In this document: positions 62,595-64,000 of the stretch, piece by piece
Layout: each line of letters opens with the position of its first letter
How positions within the stretch are numbered: the first letter of the stretch is position 1
Origin: an uncultured Bifidobacteriaceae bacterium
Lineage (GTDB): Bacteria; Bacteroidota; Bacteroidia; Cytophagales; UBA9547
DNA: 64,000 nucleotides
Direction of reading: 5' to 3'
Assembly: GCA_964572965.1 (NCBI GenBank)
Contig: CAZNHL010000005.1
Coordinates: 39,782 to 103,781 of the forward strand
The notes under the pieces: model-generated
What the model saw: only the letters and a program-made list of their open reading frames with translations
The model's database searches: none
What the model was told of the DNA's origin: nothing
Made by a program: the position numbers and the translations under genes

Positions 62595-63665
62595 TTATTG
62601 CTGATTAATAATTACAACATCTCTGATGTTTTTGAATTTAGGTTCAATAACCCATTCACCTTTGGCATTAATAATACCCCAATCGCCTTTTGATTTTGCA
62701 GCAGCATATCCGGAAGGGAAATTCCTTACACCGTCAAAAGTTGGTTTGATTACCCAGTTCCCTTTGTTGTCGTAGAAGCCCCAGTATCCATTTTTTTCGC
62801 CTTTGGCTAGTCCTTCACAAAAGGTACTAAAAGACTCTCTTCCATTTGCCATCCTAATAGTTTGGCCTGTCTGATCAATATAAATTGTTTCTTTATTAGC
62901 TACTACTTTAGCAATTCCACTTTGCGGGTCAAAATCATGTACATAAGTATAAGTTGGTTTTATTACCCATTCTCCTTTGGTGTTTATAAAGCCGATCAAC
63001 TCGTCAATAGTTCTTACCCAGGCCAAGCCTCCATGAAAATTACCAACAGCAATAAGCTTTGACTCAATCACAATTTGTCCTGTAGTGTCTACAAATCCAA
63101 ATTTTCCATTTGTTGTTCTTACTTTTGCTAAGCCTTCACAGAAGCGATCTACATAATTAACTGTCGGAGGGAGCTGATGCGTTTCAATACCATTAGTATT
63201 GATGATATAGTAGTTTTTTCCGCGTTTACCTATTGCAAAACCGCCGTCAAATTCTTCAATTTTTTCATAAACAGGTTTAATGGATAATTCTCCTTTTGTA
63301 TTAAAGAATCCCCATTTGCCATTGATTTTTACAGGAGTAAGGCCATCATCAAAGCCAGAAACATCATAACTGAGTATTCTTTTTATAGTAAACTCTTCAA
63401 CTTCTGTTTTAATACGCTCTCCTTTAAGGTTAATGAAGTAGTGACGCGAAATTTTGCCATCGAAAACTACAGCCAAGCCGGATGGAGAGAAGGGGAAATA
63501 TTTTTCAACATGCTTAATCGGAGGGATAACAATATTGCCTTGAAGGTCAGAATAACACCAGCCTTTGGATGTTTCTACAACAATCATGTGTGTTTGTGCA
63601 TTTGTGTTGTAAATGGAAAGACAAAGTAAGAGTGCAGCGGTTGCTACAGAATGAAAAAGTTTCAT
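62595..63665 (-). CDS. WG-repeat secreted protein, paralogue 3
   Basis: 356 aa. Signal peptide and the same repeat pattern. The C-terminus WVIEPKFKNIRDVVIINQQ resembles paralogue 2 (WVIQPQYLAIKDVEIINQ). Confidence 0.8.
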   Translation of the reverse strand: MKLFHSVATAALLLCLSIYNTNAQTHMIVVETSKGWCYSDLQGNIVIPPIKHVEKYFPFSPSGLAVVFDGKISRHYFINLKGERIKTEVEEFTIKRILSYDVSGFDDGLTPVKINGKWGFFNTKGELSIKPVYEKIEEFDGGFAIGKRGKNYYIINTNGIETHQLPPTVNYVDRFCEGLAKVRTTNGKFGFVDTTGQIVIESKLIAVGNFHGGLAWVRTIDELIGFINTKGEWVIKPTYTYVHDFDPQSGIAKVVANKETIYIDQTGQTIRMANGRESFSTFCEGLAKGEKNGYWGFYDNKGNWVIKPTFDGVRNFPSGYAAAKSKGDWGIINAKGEWVIEPKFKNIRDVVIINQQ

Positions 63666-63738
63666 TACGTTAATTAAGGTAAATAGTAAAAGATTATATG
63701 ATTATCGGTAAGGCTCAGATAGATGAGTAGTTAAAAGG

Positions 63739-64000
63739 TTAGTTATTGAATACTTCAGTAATGGCTTTTGCTACTTTTTCAAGATCGGTTTCTGTAAGGT
63801 TTGAACCAGATGGAATACACAAGCCTTTTTCAAATAAGTCTTCAGAAAGCTTGCTGCCATAATATGGATATTGTTCAAATACAGGTTGTAAATGCATAGG
63901 TTTCCAGAGTGGTCTGCTTTCTATATTTAATGCTTCCAGAGCCAGGCGGATTGTTTCCCTGTTTACACCATTTGATTTTGTCTCATCAACAAGAATGCAG
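63739..64000 (-). CDS. DegT/DnrJ/EryC1/StrS-family sugar aminotransferase (C-terminal fragment; start beyond the window)
   Basis: Own translation of the minus strand: ..ILVDETKSNGVNRETIRLALEALNIESRPLWKPMHLQPVFEQYPYYGSKLSEDLFEKGLCIPSGSNLTETDLEKVAKAITEVFNN-stop. Confidence 0.75.
   Translation of the reverse strand, partial: CILVDETKSNGVNRETIRLALEALNIESRPLWKPMHLQPVFEQYPYYGSKLSEDLFEKGLCIPSGSNLTETDLEKVAKAITEVFNN

Overview
This is a Bacteroidota-type chromosomal segment. The evidence is a T9SS C-terminal sorting domain cargo, a PorQ-like barrel, a TonB-dependent receptor with a CarboxypepD_reg N-terminus, TAnnTTTG -7 boxes and many lipoprotein signals. All family calls come from motif recognition by eye; no searches were run. 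The backbone is housekeeping: mdh, asnA, lon, hslU, aguB-aguA, treA, nuoA-nuoJ, tilS and cysK. Between these lie accessory blocks. (1) 4.2-9.2 kb holds an envelope cluster with two di-haem cytochrome c peroxidase/MauG-like genes, an MbnP-like lipoprotein, an outer-membrane barrel and two copies of an uncharacterised Cys-motif membrane protein. (2) 13.7-20.8 kb holds a Cys-rich mini-lipoprotein, a 7TM sensor kinase plus LuxR-type regulator, and a 1079-aa periodic beta-helix T9SS cargo, with a 7-2-7 palindrome in the divergent promoter. (3) 30.2-33.4 kb holds three tandem secreted caspase-fold (C14-like) paralogues that have all lost the catalytic Cys. (4) 37.9-39.7 kb is an AT-rich block of hypothetical genes flanked by a 42-bp duplicated gene end. 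(5) The nuo operon stops after nuoJ at a terminator followed by a MITE-like repeat, a frameshifted gene and a degenerate transglycosylase-like gene. (6) Three WG-repeat paralogues surround cysK. I found no tRNA, rRNA, CRISPR array, transposase, integrase or recognisable defence island. The strongest candidates for something not yet described are the pseudo-caspase array and the extended MbnPH-like cluster. Both are hypotheses, not demonstrations.
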